DNA of 49,069 bases from Candidatus Saccharimonadales bacterium (GTDB lineage Bacteria; Patescibacteriota; WWE3; UBA101185; UBA10185). Location of the stretch: the NCBI GenBank assembly GCA_035480775.1, contig DATIHK010000011.1:1-49069 (forward strand). Reading direction: 5' to 3'. The position numbers and the translations under genes were made by a program. The notes under the pieces are model-generated. The model was not told the origin of the DNA, made no database searches, and saw only the letters and a list, made by a program, of their open reading frames with translations. Shown here in pieces: positions 10,062 through 19,631 of the stretch. How positions within the stretch are numbered: position 1 is the stretch's first letter; every line of letters starts with the position of its first letter.

Positions 10062-11534
10062 TTGAATAATTACAAAAATCTATACAAAATCACTAAATAC
10101 TCCTTTAATTTACTATTAATTTCAGTTCTTTTTATCGGAACTTGCTTTGTCGTATTTACCAATCACTCCAACGCAAATGCCAACTCAGTTACAGTTTCCA
10201 ACGGAAAATTATTTGTAAATGGCCAAGAATTTGAAATTAAAGGAATGAACTATAATCCGGTACCAATTGGTCTTACCCAAATAGACCCTACTGCCGCAAC
10301 CAACGATGTTCCTAAGATTGCTCAACTAGGTGCAAACACTATAGGCACTTATAATTTGGGTAAATTCGATTGGTATCAAACAATTAACATTACAGCAGGA
10401 GAAAATTTTTATAACACTTTATACCCTGTAGCAGAAGCAAATAATTTAAAAATAATAGTTGCCTATTTCTCAAATCAAACTATTGATTGGACAAATGCAA
10501 CACAAGTTGCTCGAGCAAGTGCTCAATATCAAGAGTTAGTTATAAAAGCTAAAGATAAACCATCTACACTTATGTACCTTATTGGAAATGAAATTTTTGG
10601 AAGACTTTCGGATAATAATCAGAAAAAAGCTTATGCTACATGGATTGGCCAAATGGTAAACTGGACACACACCAACGATCCCAATCATCCAGTGACTTAT
10701 GCAGACGATGCGTTAAAAAATGGATTGGGTTGGCTAAGTTTATATTCCTCGAACTTGGATATTTATTCTATAAACAATTATGAGTGGGCAACACAGTCAG
10801 ATTTATCAAATATTTTAGCTGCAGATTCGGTTGCTTGGCCAAATAAACCAATTTTATTGCACGAATTTGGAACCGATAGCTTAGATGTACCTAAATGGGC
10901 AGAAGACGAATCAGCTCAAGCAGCAAAAGTTAAAGATTTAGTAACAAATGTCCAAAAAGTTTACGACAGCAATATATTTCCGCTAATTGGGCAAGTGTAT
11001 TTTGAATATACAGATCAATGGGACAAAATCGGGTCACCATCTCTACAAGATAAAGACACTGGCTGGCCCTGGTTATGTACAAACTGCTTTGACGCCAAAG
11101 CCAATGAAGATTTTTGGGGAATATCGCGGGCAGTTGGTGCAGCAAACGCAAATAATAGAGTTCTTAAAAGTGCCTATTACGCATTACAGCAAGTCTGGGC
11201 GCCACAAACTCCAACACCTATTCCGACTCCATTACCTACACCGGTGGGAAATGATACAACACCTCCAACTGTGAGCATTACGAATCCTTTAAACGCAAGT
11301 TTAGTCACAAATAAGGCTAGTGTGAGCATTTCAGCAAACGCAAGTGACAACGTTGGAGTAATAAAAGTAGAATTTTATATTAATAATGTACTTTTATGTG
11401 CCGATACTTCACAACCCTATACTTGCATCTGGAAAGTTCCTAAGCGAGTAGGTGCACAATTTACTATTTTAGTTAAAGCTTATGATACCGCAGGAAATGT
11501 CGGTACAAATACTGTAAGTGTAATTTCTAAATAG
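10062..11534 (+). CDS. Secreted clan GH-A-like glycoside hydrolase with C-terminal Ig-like domain
   Basis: Signal/anchor. NGQEFEIKGMNYNP, IGNEIF (acid/base NE) and LLHEFGTD (nucleophile E) spacing fits a (beta/alpha)8 clan GH-A enzyme. PTP linker, then an Ig-like repeat. TTG start as in the track, so the start is uncertain. Confidence 0.6.
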   Translation: MNNYKNLYKITKYSFNLLLISVLFIGTCFVVFTNHSNANANSVTVSNGKLFVNGQEFEIKGMNYNPVPIGLTQIDPTAATNDVPKIAQLGANTIGTYNLGKFDWYQTINITAGENFYNTLYPVAEANNLKIIVAYFSNQTIDWTNATQVARASAQYQELVIKAKDKPSTLMYLIGNEIFGRLSDNNQKKAYATWIGQMVNWTHTNDPNHPVTYADDALKNGLGWLSLYSSNLDIYSINNYEWATQSDLSNILAADSVAWPNKPILLHEFGTDSLDVPKWAEDESAQAAKVKDLVTNVQKVYDSNIFPLIGQVYFEYTDQWDKIGSPSLQDKDTGWPWLCTNCFDAKANEDFWGISRAVGAANANNRVLKSAYYALQQVWAPQTPTPIPTPLPTPVGNDTTPPTVSITNPLNASLVTNKASVSISANASDNVGVIKVEFYINNVLLCADTSQPYTCIWKVPKRVGAQFTILVKAYDTAGNVGTNTVSVISK

Positions 11535-11801
11535 CTATTCGACTAGCAAGTTATCAATATAACAATATTTCCAGTCTTCTCCTGGTTGAAATGATTTAAC
11601 TACAGGGTGACTTGTAGAATGAAAATGCTTAGTTGCATGCTTATTCTTAGACTGGTCGCAACATCCAACATGACCACAAGTTAAACAAATTCTTAAGTGA
11701 AACCAAGTATCACCCATTTTCAAACATTCTTCACAACCATTAGGAGTATTAGGAGCTATAGATGCGTTGGCAGTTTTTAAATGGTCACAGATTTGATCCA
11801 C
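11535..11801 (-). CDS. UBP-type zinc-finger protein
   Basis: 88 aa. CEEC....W.HLR.CLTCGHVGCCD.S.NKHA.KH...S.HP matches zf-UBP. GTG start with TATAAT 5 nt upstream. Confidence 0.75.
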   Translation of the reverse strand: MDQICDHLKTANASIAPNTPNGCEECLKMGDTWFHLRICLTCGHVGCCDQSKNKHATKHFHSTSHPVVKSFQPGEDWKYCYIDNLLVE

Positions 11802-11855
11802 AAGTAATTATACATCAGTTGGAATATGTAAAATATCTAAGTATAATTAAATTAT

Positions 11856-12824
11856 ATGAAGACTATACTGATTATTGTAGTAACTGTAGTCATCGCGGGT
11901 TTCATAGTTACAACTTATCCTCAATTAAAATCGCAAGCATTAAATATTGTAATGTATAGCCAATGCGACGCTCCAACAGCTTATAAACTTGGTGCTCTAG
12001 ATGCAAAATTTGGATTGACTAATAAATTGGCAGAAGAAGATATTCAAAAAGCAACAAATATTTGGAGCAAAGCCTACGACAAAACTCTTTTTACAAATAA
12101 TTTTAATGCAGTCCTTACCGTAAATTTTGTCTATGACGAGCGATCGTATTTAAATTCACAAATCAGCCAATTAGAAAATCAACTGAGTAATAGTAACAAA
12201 TCTATTCAGCAACAAATAGGCGCTTATGAAGCAGATCTGATAATATTCGAAAAGAAGGTATCTAATTTTAAATCAAAAGTACAAGGCTTAGAAAGCTCGG
12301 GTAAAATGACTCGAGAAGTTTACAATAGCTTAGTAAGCGAGCAAAACGCTCTTATTGCAGAAGGTAATGCGTTAAATGCTAAAGCAAAAAGTCTTAACCT
12401 TGCAACTACAGATTACAATTCTCAAGTAAAAACTTTGAATCAAAATGTAGGTGAATTTAATCAATCTATTTCACAAAAACCTGAAGAAGGATTGTATGAC
12501 CCAAGCAACAATACGATAACCATCTATTTTGCGAGTAATCAAGACGAGCTGATTCATACATTAGCACATGAATTTGGCCACTCATTAGGAATGCAACATG
12601 TACAAGATCCACTGGCGATTATGTACCCTTCTGCTTCTTCAACCTTTTTGACTTCGCAAGAAGATTTACAAGAACTTAGTCTAGTTTGTATGAAACACCC
12701 GGTATTTTATAAATGGCTTCAAGAATTAATTATAGTGGCACATTCGATAGCGAGTACTTATAACTTAAGGCTGCCCTTCGTGCAAGATTTCGTTAATAGT
12801 TTGAACAATACTTTCCATACTTGA
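11856..12824 (+). CDS. Matrixin-like zinc metalloprotease with coiled-coil region
   Basis: N-terminal TM. HEFGHSLGMQH (HExxHxxGxxH) followed by a Met-turn (AIMYP). Central Q/N/S-rich coiled coil. Confidence 0.75.
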   Translation: MKTILIIVVTVVIAGFIVTTYPQLKSQALNIVMYSQCDAPTAYKLGALDAKFGLTNKLAEEDIQKATNIWSKAYDKTLFTNNFNAVLTVNFVYDERSYLNSQISQLENQLSNSNKSIQQQIGAYEADLIIFEKKVSNFKSKVQGLESSGKMTREVYNSLVSEQNALIAEGNALNAKAKSLNLATTDYNSQVKTLNQNVGEFNQSISQKPEEGLYDPSNNTITIYFASNQDELIHTLAHEFGHSLGMQHVQDPLAIMYPSASSTFLTSQEDLQELSLVCMKHPVFYKWLQELIIVAHSIASTYNLRLPFVQDFVNSLNNTFHT

Positions 12825-13145
12825 ATTTGCCTTAATCATAAATTTAACTGCACCATAATTTAATGCTGCAAGAGTAGTTCCAAAATCACTTTTATTACTC
12901 AATACGACTACGGGAATGTCTTTATTTTTCGTGTCTTGCATTAAGGTATAAAGTACTTCCATACCATCTTTGTTAGGCATAATAACATCAAGTAATATTA
13001 AGTTTGGAGTAGTTGTTTTTAATTTTTCAAGACAGTCTTGACCGTCTACCGCTTCGATTGTTGAGAATCCACTGCTCTTTAATTTCTCTACTAATAATGC
13101 TCTTAGTGAATCTTCATCTTCGACAATTAATATTGTTTTAGGCAC
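12765..13145 (-). CDS. Stand-alone response regulator receiver protein
   Basis: REC domain (ILIVEDED...LLDVIMP...K). Start trimmed to the GTG at 13145, preceded by TAAGGAGG at 6 nt. Overlaps the upstream REC gene by 8 nt. Confidence 0.8.
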   Translation of the reverse strand: MPKTILIVEDEDSLRALLVEKLKSSGFSTIEAVDGQDCLEKLKTTTPNLILLDVIMPNKDGMEVLYTLMQDTKNKDIPVVVLSNKSDFGTTLAALNYGAVKFMIKANSSMESIVQTINEILHEGQP

Positions 13146-13530
13146 TTTGAACCTCCTTAGGAAATAATAATTCTGAAACTTTATCAGCAATTTCTTCAAG
13201 CGTAGTATTACTTTTTATGAAATAATACGCAGGAGTATTTTTTACAACATTATCTATCGTCGTATCATTAGGATCTACATTAGTTAAGATTATAACCGGT
13301 ACTGATTTTCCCCAGTCATTGTTACGTAAATTTTCTAACATATCTTGTCCATTCATAACTGGCATTATTAAATCAAGTAATATCAGATCGGGTTTTTCAG
13401 ACATTGCCATGCGTAGCCCTTCTTCTCCATTGTGGGCATAAAATAACTGGTATTGGGTAGATTCTAGTTTTTCGGCAACTGCAGTTAGTAACTCTGGTTC
13501 ATCTTCAACTATCAAAATCTTTTTTGTCAT
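13138..13530 (-). CDS. Stand-alone response regulator receiver protein
   Basis: 130 aa. KILIVEDEPE...LLDLIMPVMNG...ILT...K gives the canonical REC acidic pocket, Thr and Lys. Confidence 0.85.
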   Translation of the reverse strand: MTKKILIVEDEPELLTAVAEKLESTQYQLFYAHNGEEGLRMAMSEKPDLILLDLIMPVMNGQDMLENLRNNDWGKSVPVIILTNVDPNDTTIDNVVKNTPAYYFIKSNTTLEEIADKVSELLFPKEVQSA

Positions 13531-13532
13531 AT

Positions 13533-15662
13533 TTATATTTTATTAGATATATCTGACTTTACAAGTAGAGGTATCGAAATTGTAAACTTAGTACCTTTAC
13601 CCTCAGAGCTTTCAAAAGTAAGAGTTCCTCCCCACTCTTCAATATACGATTTTGCTACGAACAGGCCCAAACCAGTTCCTTTAGTTCTGGTTCTCAGTGC
13701 ATTATTAGCTCTAAAAAACTTAGTGAACACTTTTTTTTGAGCTTCTTCTGGTATACCTATACCAGTGTCCGTAACAGTAACCACAATATATTGATCTTTT
13801 GATTCTACGGCTATATCAACTCTACCTTTTGGAACATTATATTTAATCGAATTTGATATGATATTTTCTAAAGCTCCACGAAATCTATTCGGGTCGATAT
13901 AAATATTGGGAATTTCTGGAGAATTGTAAGCTACGTGTATACCAATTCCATCTTTTTTTGCTTCGGGCTTTAATTCTTCAATTATGTTGCCAATAGTTTG
14001 GTTAACATCAGTATTTTGTGGAGAATCTTTTATACTTTTTTGATCAATTCGAGCTGCTTCTAATAAGTCATTTACCAACGCAATCATTCGCTCGTTGTTG
14101 TCTGAAATTTCTGCGATTACACTTTCTTGAGTTTTTTGAATACCCATATCGGTTAACTTTTCTAGATGCCATTTGATTCCCGTTAAAGGAGTGCGTAATT
14201 GATGCGCTGCAATTGATAGAAAGTTATCTTTTGCTTGTTCTAGTTCACGTTCTCTACTTATATTTCGAACGACAACCACACAACCTAAAATTTTACCTGT
14301 TTCGTCTTTAACTGCTGCTACGCTATCAGCCACAGGAATTTTTTCGCCATTCTTTTTGATAAGTATAGTGTGGTTTCTCATTTCACTATTTACTCCAGAT
14401 TTAATAACGTTTTCTATGATTGGAGGGTATGGAGAATCGGGAGACTTTTCTGATATAAAATGAAAAACTGTGCTGTAGAGATTATTTTTTACATCTTCAA
14501 ATCTATAGCCACTGAGTTTTTCGGCGACTGAATTCATTAAAATAATATGGTATTTAGTATCTACGACAAAAACTGCATCACCTATAGAAGTTAAAATAGT
14601 TTCTAATTTGTATCTTTCATGATCTACATTAATCTTCTCAGTTAATACTTGTTCAGCTGTGCTAATTAAATCTTTTTTAACTTCTTCTAAAATTTTATTT
14701 TGTTTTTCGTATTCAATAACTCTAAATTGCAAAGCTTTATTGACTTCTAAGCGTTCCGCAATTGCTGCTGATAATGTTAAAGATATTAAAGTAGAAACGC
14801 CAATAAAGAGTTGTAAAAATATCAGAGACTGACTAAGCATAGGGGTAATAAACGGTCCTACTCCTTGTACGGTTGCATAAATTGTCAAAATTGAAACTGC
14901 TACAGTATTTAGTAAAGTGACTCTTGGTTTATATCTAATCGACGACCAAATCAATGGTAGAAATAGAAGGTATAAAATGTGACCACTATGATCTTTAAAT
15001 CCTAAATAATCCCAAAAGACTATAAAATACAAAAAAATGAACAGACTATATAAAGCTACTGTCTCTAAAAGTCTATTAAAATTTATTTTTTCTAATTGTA
15101 AATTCTGCTTTGACTTGGTCTTTTGTAAAAGAACAATAAGTGCGGGTGTTACAACCAAACTGCCAAGTGCATCGCCAATCCACCAAGCTGTAAATGTTGG
15201 AATTAGTGCCGCGTTATCAGAGATAATTCCGTTTATTCTTAAACTAAAAACACCTATAGTGGCACTAACTAGAGGCCCAACTACTGCGCCAAAGAAAATT
15301 AAAATAAAATTTCCTTTTACGGACTTTCCTATTTCGTCTACTTTTACTAATCTTAGAATTAGCTTGGCGGCTACTACTGCTTCTAAAGTATTGCCTAAAC
15401 CTATTCCAAACGCAGCAAGTGGAGTAGCTCCTGTAGAAAGATTAACAAGAAAGGCAGCTAAAAAGATTGCTGGCCATAAATCGTATCCAAATAAAAGAAT
15501 AAACGCTAATGAAATTCCGGTGGGTGCCCAAACAGGAGTAGCAAAACCACTAACGGCATCTAGGCTTAGGCCAATCTTTGCAGTGACAAAGTAGAGCACA
15601 AATAAAATTAGAAGTCTTAAAACATACAGAGGCGAAAAAGTTTTTGGGAGAATATTTTGCAT
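13533..15662 (-). CDS. Sensor histidine kinase (MASE1-PAS-HisKA-HATPase_c)
   Basis: N-terminal ~300-aa multi-TM MASE1-like module, a PAS region, H-box SIAAHQLRTPLT, and N/G1/G2 boxes (NSIKYN, DTGIGI, GTGLGL). Confidence 0.85.
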   Translation of the reverse strand: MQNILPKTFSPLYVLRLLILFVLYFVTAKIGLSLDAVSGFATPVWAPTGISLAFILLFGYDLWPAIFLAAFLVNLSTGATPLAAFGIGLGNTLEAVVAAKLILRLVKVDEIGKSVKGNFILIFFGAVVGPLVSATIGVFSLRINGIISDNAALIPTFTAWWIGDALGSLVVTPALIVLLQKTKSKQNLQLEKINFNRLLETVALYSLFIFLYFIVFWDYLGFKDHSGHILYLLFLPLIWSSIRYKPRVTLLNTVAVSILTIYATVQGVGPFITPMLSQSLIFLQLFIGVSTLISLTLSAAIAERLEVNKALQFRVIEYEKQNKILEEVKKDLISTAEQVLTEKINVDHERYKLETILTSIGDAVFVVDTKYHIILMNSVAEKLSGYRFEDVKNNLYSTVFHFISEKSPDSPYPPIIENVIKSGVNSEMRNHTILIKKNGEKIPVADSVAAVKDETGKILGCVVVVRNISRERELEQAKDNFLSIAAHQLRTPLTGIKWHLEKLTDMGIQKTQESVIAEISDNNERMIALVNDLLEAARIDQKSIKDSPQNTDVNQTIGNIIEELKPEAKKDGIGIHVAYNSPEIPNIYIDPNRFRGALENIISNSIKYNVPKGRVDIAVESKDQYIVVTVTDTGIGIPEEAQKKVFTKFFRANNALRTRTKGTGLGLFVAKSYIEEWGGTLTFESSEGKGTKFTISIPLLVKSDISNKI

Positions 15663-15711
15663 AATATCCTAATAAAATTATACATAGTTGCTTGAAAAAT
15701 TAAAGTTCTTA

Positions 15712-15768
15712 TTAAACAAAAAAACGACCCGGCAACTTGTGAGAATTTCCACAGGTTACAGGGTCGTT
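15712..15768 (-). terminator. Stem-loop terminator closing GC-rich cassette 3 (minus-strand operon)
   Basis: AACGACCC (15723-15730) pairs with GGGTCGTT (15761-15768). A T-run follows on the minus strand. It separates the cassette from the kinase gene. Confidence 0.65.
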
Positions 15769-15794
15769 CGCTGTCTTGCAGTTAAAACATTGCC

Positions 15795-16169
15795 TTAGGT
15801 TCGCGGGTGCGACACTCTGTCAACAATCACACCGTTTTGAACCAGGCACCAAGGACCAGGCAAAAAGCGCGGCCAGACTTCGAAACTTTTAAATCCGAGC
15901 TCGACCGCGACCAATGCCAGAGCTTCACAGAGTTCATTCGCCCGAGCTTCTAGTCCTTCATGTGGGCAAGTGTCGGCATAAATAACAAAATCCGCGGAGT
16001 GTGGATCGGCGTCGACAACGGGGTGCAGAAGATTCACCAGGATGTCGGTGGACTCAAAACCAGAAATTCTGCAAGCCACTAGCTTGAGTCCGACCCGAAG
16101 CTCTTGCATCCTCGCCTGCAGATCTTGCTGAACGCTTAAATCTTTGGGCTCGATATTAATTAGAGGCAT
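15795..16169 (-). CDS. Hypothetical protein (GC-rich cassette 3), 124 aa; possible tautomerase-superfamily fold
   Basis: GC-rich ORF with an AAGGGAG SD. The N-terminal Met-Pro (MPLINIE...) and ~2x60-aa size recall Pro-1 tautomerase-superfamily proteins. This rests on pattern only. Confidence 0.55.
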   Translation of the reverse strand: MPLINIEPKDLSVQQDLQARMQELRVGLKLVACRISGFESTDILVNLLHPVVDADPHSADFVIYADTCPHEGLEARANELCEALALVAVELGFKSFEVWPRFLPGPWCLVQNGVIVDRVSHPRT

Positions 16170-16182
16170 TCTCTACTCCCTT

Positions 16183-16365
16183 CTATTTGGGGTCTAGACC
16201 AACGCGTTCGCGAGCTTTCTCAAACATTTGCACAGTTTCAAGTTTCGGCTTGCTACCGATTAGCCAAGCGGGATCATCCCAGACAAGTGCATCGACGGTC
16301 AACAACATCGCAGCGTATTTCAGATGCCACTGTAGCCATTTAAGAAGCCTTTTGAGCAGGCTCAT
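16183..16365 (-). CDS. Hypothetical small protein (GC-rich cassette 3), 60 aa
   Basis: First gene of a two-gene unit, 13 nt upstream of the 124-aa ORF. AAAGGA SD. The antisense ORF 16187..16369 is judged spurious. Confidence 0.5.
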   Translation of the reverse strand: MSLLKRLLKWLQWHLKYAAMLLTVDALVWDDPAWLIGSKPKLETVQMFEKARERVGLDPK

Positions 16366-16528
16366 GTGAGATCCTTTCGCAAATGGTTTAACTCAAGTTG
16401 AGATGATTATATTACAAAGTCGAATTATAGTAAACTATAGGGTAAGCTAATTGGCATTCTTCATTCATTCATTGTATATTGTGCATAGTTAATCCAACTT
16501 CCCACTTATATAGGTATAGGAGGGTGAA

Positions 16529-17278
16529 ATGGCCGGATTCTTCGACTCATTAGGGCACATTATCAATGGAATCACAGAAGGAGGCAAGTTCTACCCGGAT
16601 TCGAGTTTCTCAGGAGATGTCTTTAATTCTAATCGCACCTTTGTTGGCTATTCTAGCAACGGGTCGAGCCTTATGGATGTAGCGTCTGTAGACTCTGGTG
16701 ATGGTGGCGCAGGCATAGCACTAGCCGCTTTCATTTTGGGAATTATGCTTTTTGTGTTTTGCTTGCAAGCACTTTTCTGGATTATTAAGATGTTTGTTCA
16801 GGGAGTGATTTTGCTAATCAAAGGCAGGTTTTTGGGATTTTTGTATGTTGCTCCTTTAGTTATGGCTAGCATTACATGTTCAGTCTTGGTTGGTGGTGCT
16901 GGACTTCTTTATCTAAATCCAGATTTGGCCTTACTACCTCCGCAGAAGGAATATAACTGGGCACAATCACATGTAACAAAGATTGTTACTTTTACCAAAA
17001 TCACTGAGGACCATTATGTTGTACACAATAACCTTCGTTACAATGCTGTTCATGTAGCTCCAGGTATTAGTATCGATTATGATTCAGTCAGACATTGCGA
17101 ATTTGAAGCACAGAATAACTCAATTCAACCAGGTGGGAATGAAAATCTGCGATGCGATCCCCTCGACCCCTTAGATACAAGGTCACGTGTTTGCATTGGA
17201 ATTTGGTTTGGCTATGGAGCGTGTATCAAAGAATCTATTGTTGATGGCAAAGACGTAATCGAGACAGTCTCGCCATAG
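16529..17278 (+). CDS. Hypothetical membrane protein (GC-rich cassette 3), 249 aa
   Basis: AGGAGGG SD. Two to three central TM helices and a Cys-containing C-terminal soluble domain. No family recognised. Confidence 0.65.
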   Translation: MAGFFDSLGHIINGITEGGKFYPDSSFSGDVFNSNRTFVGYSSNGSSLMDVASVDSGDGGAGIALAAFILGIMLFVFCLQALFWIIKMFVQGVILLIKGRFLGFLYVAPLVMASITCSVLVGGAGLLYLNPDLALLPPQKEYNWAQSHVTKIVTFTKITEDHYVVHNNLRYNAVHVAPGISIDYDSVRHCEFEAQNNSIQPGGNENLRCDPLDPLDTRSRVCIGIWFGYGACIKESIVDGKDVIETVSP

Positions 17279-17300
17279 TCAACAAACAAGTTCACGCTTA

Positions 17301-17336
17301 ATGCGTCTTATCAGTAATTGATGGGACGCATTTTTT
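17301..17336 (+). terminator. Rho-independent terminator
   Basis: ATGCGTC (17301-17307) pairs with GACGCAT (17325-17331), followed by TTTTT. Confidence 0.7.
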
Positions 17337-17354
17337 AATGATACAATCTAGGTA

Positions 17355-18077
17355 GTGTTAAACTCTAACAACTCACCAAAGCGACTTATTTTAAAAGTAA
17401 GTGGTGAATTGTTTTCTTCTAGAGGTAAAAATATCGATTTCCAAAAATATAATAAATTTGCTAAACAGATTTTGAAAATTGTTAAATCAACTGAAATTCA
17501 ATTAGCTATGGTTGTTGGTGGAGGAAATATCTTTAGAGGAAGAGAAAAAAGTGAAGATGTAGATGCCGCTGAGGCAGATTCAATGGGCATGTTAGCAACC
17601 GTCATGAATGGAATAGCTCTTAGAGAAGCCTTAATTAGACAAGGTGCAACGGATACTCGATTAATGACGGCATTTCATCTTCCAGAATTTGCAGAGCCCT
17701 ATATAAGATTAAAAGCAAAACACCACTTAAACAATAATAGACTCGTAATCTTAGCAGGAGGTTTGGGAAAGCCTAGCTTTTCAACAGATTCCGCAGTAGC
17801 GCAGTATGCTAACGAATTAAATTGCAGTTTAGTTTTAAAAGCCAGCACAGTTGACGGAGTTTATGATACGGATCCAAAGAAAAATCAAAAAGCCAAGAAA
17901 TTACCAACTATAACTTTTCAAGATGCACTCGAAAAAAGACTTAAAGTTATGGATTCAACAGCATTTGCTATGTGTATGATTTCTGAGATTCCAATTTTTG
18001 TTTTTGATATTAGAGATTTAGATAGAATTCCAGATATTGTTAATGAAGATTTTTCGTTTGGAAGTTTAATTTCGTAA
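17355..18077 (+). CDS. pyrH: UMP kinase
   Basis: LKVSGE...VVGGGNIFRG...MGMLATVMNG...VDGVYD.DP signatures. GTG start with TACAAT 7 nt upstream. Confidence 0.9.
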   Translation: MLNSNNSPKRLILKVSGELFSSRGKNIDFQKYNKFAKQILKIVKSTEIQLAMVVGGGNIFRGREKSEDVDAAEADSMGMLATVMNGIALREALIRQGATDTRLMTAFHLPEFAEPYIRLKAKHHLNNNRLVILAGGLGKPSFSTDSAVAQYANELNCSLVLKASTVDGVYDTDPKKNQKAKKLPTITFQDALEKRLKVMDSTAFAMCMISEIPIFVFDIRDLDRIPDIVNEDFSFGSLIS

Positions 18078-18082
18078 AAATT

Positions 18083-19210
18083 TTAGTGATGATGCCCATC
18101 ATGAACACTAACCTTTTTATTCTCATAATAATAAGCAGCAATAAATGTAGATAATGGAACTGCCAAAATCAACGCTATACTTCCGACCAAAGTTCTTACC
18201 ACCTCTTCGATTATAAATTCACTATTAAATGTTACCCATAACGGTTGATAAGAATTTAATTTCAATAGCAAAAATAATGGAAGAGATGCACCTGCATAAG
18301 CTAAGAACAAAGTATTTATTAATGATGTAATATGTTCTTTTCCAACATTAATTCCCTTAGAATAAAGTTCAAATAAATTTAAACGTGGATTTGCACCTTT
18401 TATTTCGCTAACAACACTAGTTTGGGCAGTTGTAATATCATCCAAAACTCCTAAAACACCTAAAATAATTCCACCTAATAATAGGCCTTTTAAATTAACA
18501 CTTATTGTTTGATTTGCTGAAAGGAAAAAGGATTCGTCAGTTCCAGCTCCGCTTAAATGAGTAATATTAACAGCAATACCTGACAACACCATTGAAACCA
18601 GTAAAGTTATAAGCGTACTTATCAAAGCTAATGAAGTATTTCTATTAAATCCGTGAGCTAGATATAAAGACGACACAGCTATTAACAATACTGCAATATA
18701 AGAAATTATAGCCGGATTAGATCCCGCTAAAATCTGCGGAACCATAAAATTGGTAATAATAAAAACTCCGACAAAAAGGCCAATTATGGAGGTAATGCCA
18801 CGTTTTCCAGCTGTAATAACTGCAATCGCAATAAAAAGTAGTATCAAAAATATTACGGGACCTATTCTATAACGATCAGTAATTATAAAAGTATTTCCAA
18901 TTGGAGTCGAAACTGAAGTCAAGACTACTTTGTCACCTTGATTAACACGTTGTCCTTCAGTAATAGAAATGCTTCCACCATTTTCGACTTGAATTTGTTT
19001 TCCATTAAGATCGCCATTGATTATTTTTATATCCAGTTTTTGATATGGTTGTTTAGACCCATCAATAGTCTTGTAACCGTTTTCTAAAACCTTTAATACA
19101 ACCCCTTGATAATATTTTTGTGAAGGAATCAAATTATTAGAGGCAGCTGATGTATTTATTTGGAGTAAGAATGCTAAAAAAAACAAAATTACCGTTAGTA
19201 ACTTACGCAT
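18083..19210 (-). CDS. YibE/F-family membrane protein
   Basis: Signal peptide, soluble N-domain, DRYR motif, then ~7 TM helices typical of YibE/F. His-rich C-terminus. TGaTACAAT 6 nt upstream of the ATG. Confidence 0.6.
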   Translation of the reverse strand: MRKLLTVILFFLAFLLQINTSAASNNLIPSQKYYQGVVLKVLENGYKTIDGSKQPYQKLDIKIINGDLNGKQIQVENGGSISITEGQRVNQGDKVVLTSVSTPIGNTFIITDRYRIGPVIFLILLFIAIAVITAGKRGITSIIGLFVGVFIITNFMVPQILAGSNPAIISYIAVLLIAVSSLYLAHGFNRNTSLALISTLITLLVSMVLSGIAVNITHLSGAGTDESFFLSANQTISVNLKGLLLGGIILGVLGVLDDITTAQTSVVSEIKGANPRLNLFELYSKGINVGKEHITSLINTLFLAYAGASLPLFLLLKLNSYQPLWVTFNSEFIIEEVVRTLVGSIALILAVPLSTFIAAYYYENKKVSVHDGHHH

Positions 19211-19289
19211 TTGAATATTGTATCACCAAACAAGAGAGAATACAGCTATAGGTCGTAATGATTGGTGTGGAAATTAATCTGAGAGGGAA

Positions 19290-19610
19290 CTAGTTATCCC
19301 ACAGATCAATAAACATAACTACTTTTAAGGTGATACTATCTACTGATCGATAGGTATATTTTGTATGAGGCGGAATTGTGATTACATCTCCACTAGATAC
19401 TTTAGTAGTTGTTCTGTTAATCATAAATTCTCCGTTACCCTCAATAATATAGTATATCCATTCGGATTCTTTTGTTTCTGCATCACCGTGTTCTCCAACA
19501 ACTTCGGCATAAACTACCGACATCTCAGGTTTTAAAAAATCTAGTTTATAATTCCAACTTTTTACTTTATCCCAATCTTGTCTCTTAGAATTGTTAATAG
19601 ATATATACAT
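19290..19610 (-). CDS. Cupin-domain protein
   Basis: 106 aa. IIEGNGEF.....T.KVSSGDVITIPP.T.Y matches cupin beta-barrel motif 2. TATAAT 7 nt upstream of the ATG. Confidence 0.6.
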   Translation of the reverse strand: MYISINNSKRQDWDKVKSWNYKLDFLKPEMSVVYAEVVGEHGDAETKESEWIYYIIEGNGEFMINRTTTKVSSGDVITIPPHTKYTYRSVDSITLKVVMFIDLWDN

Positions 19611-19631
19611 GCACTGAATTATATCTCAAAC

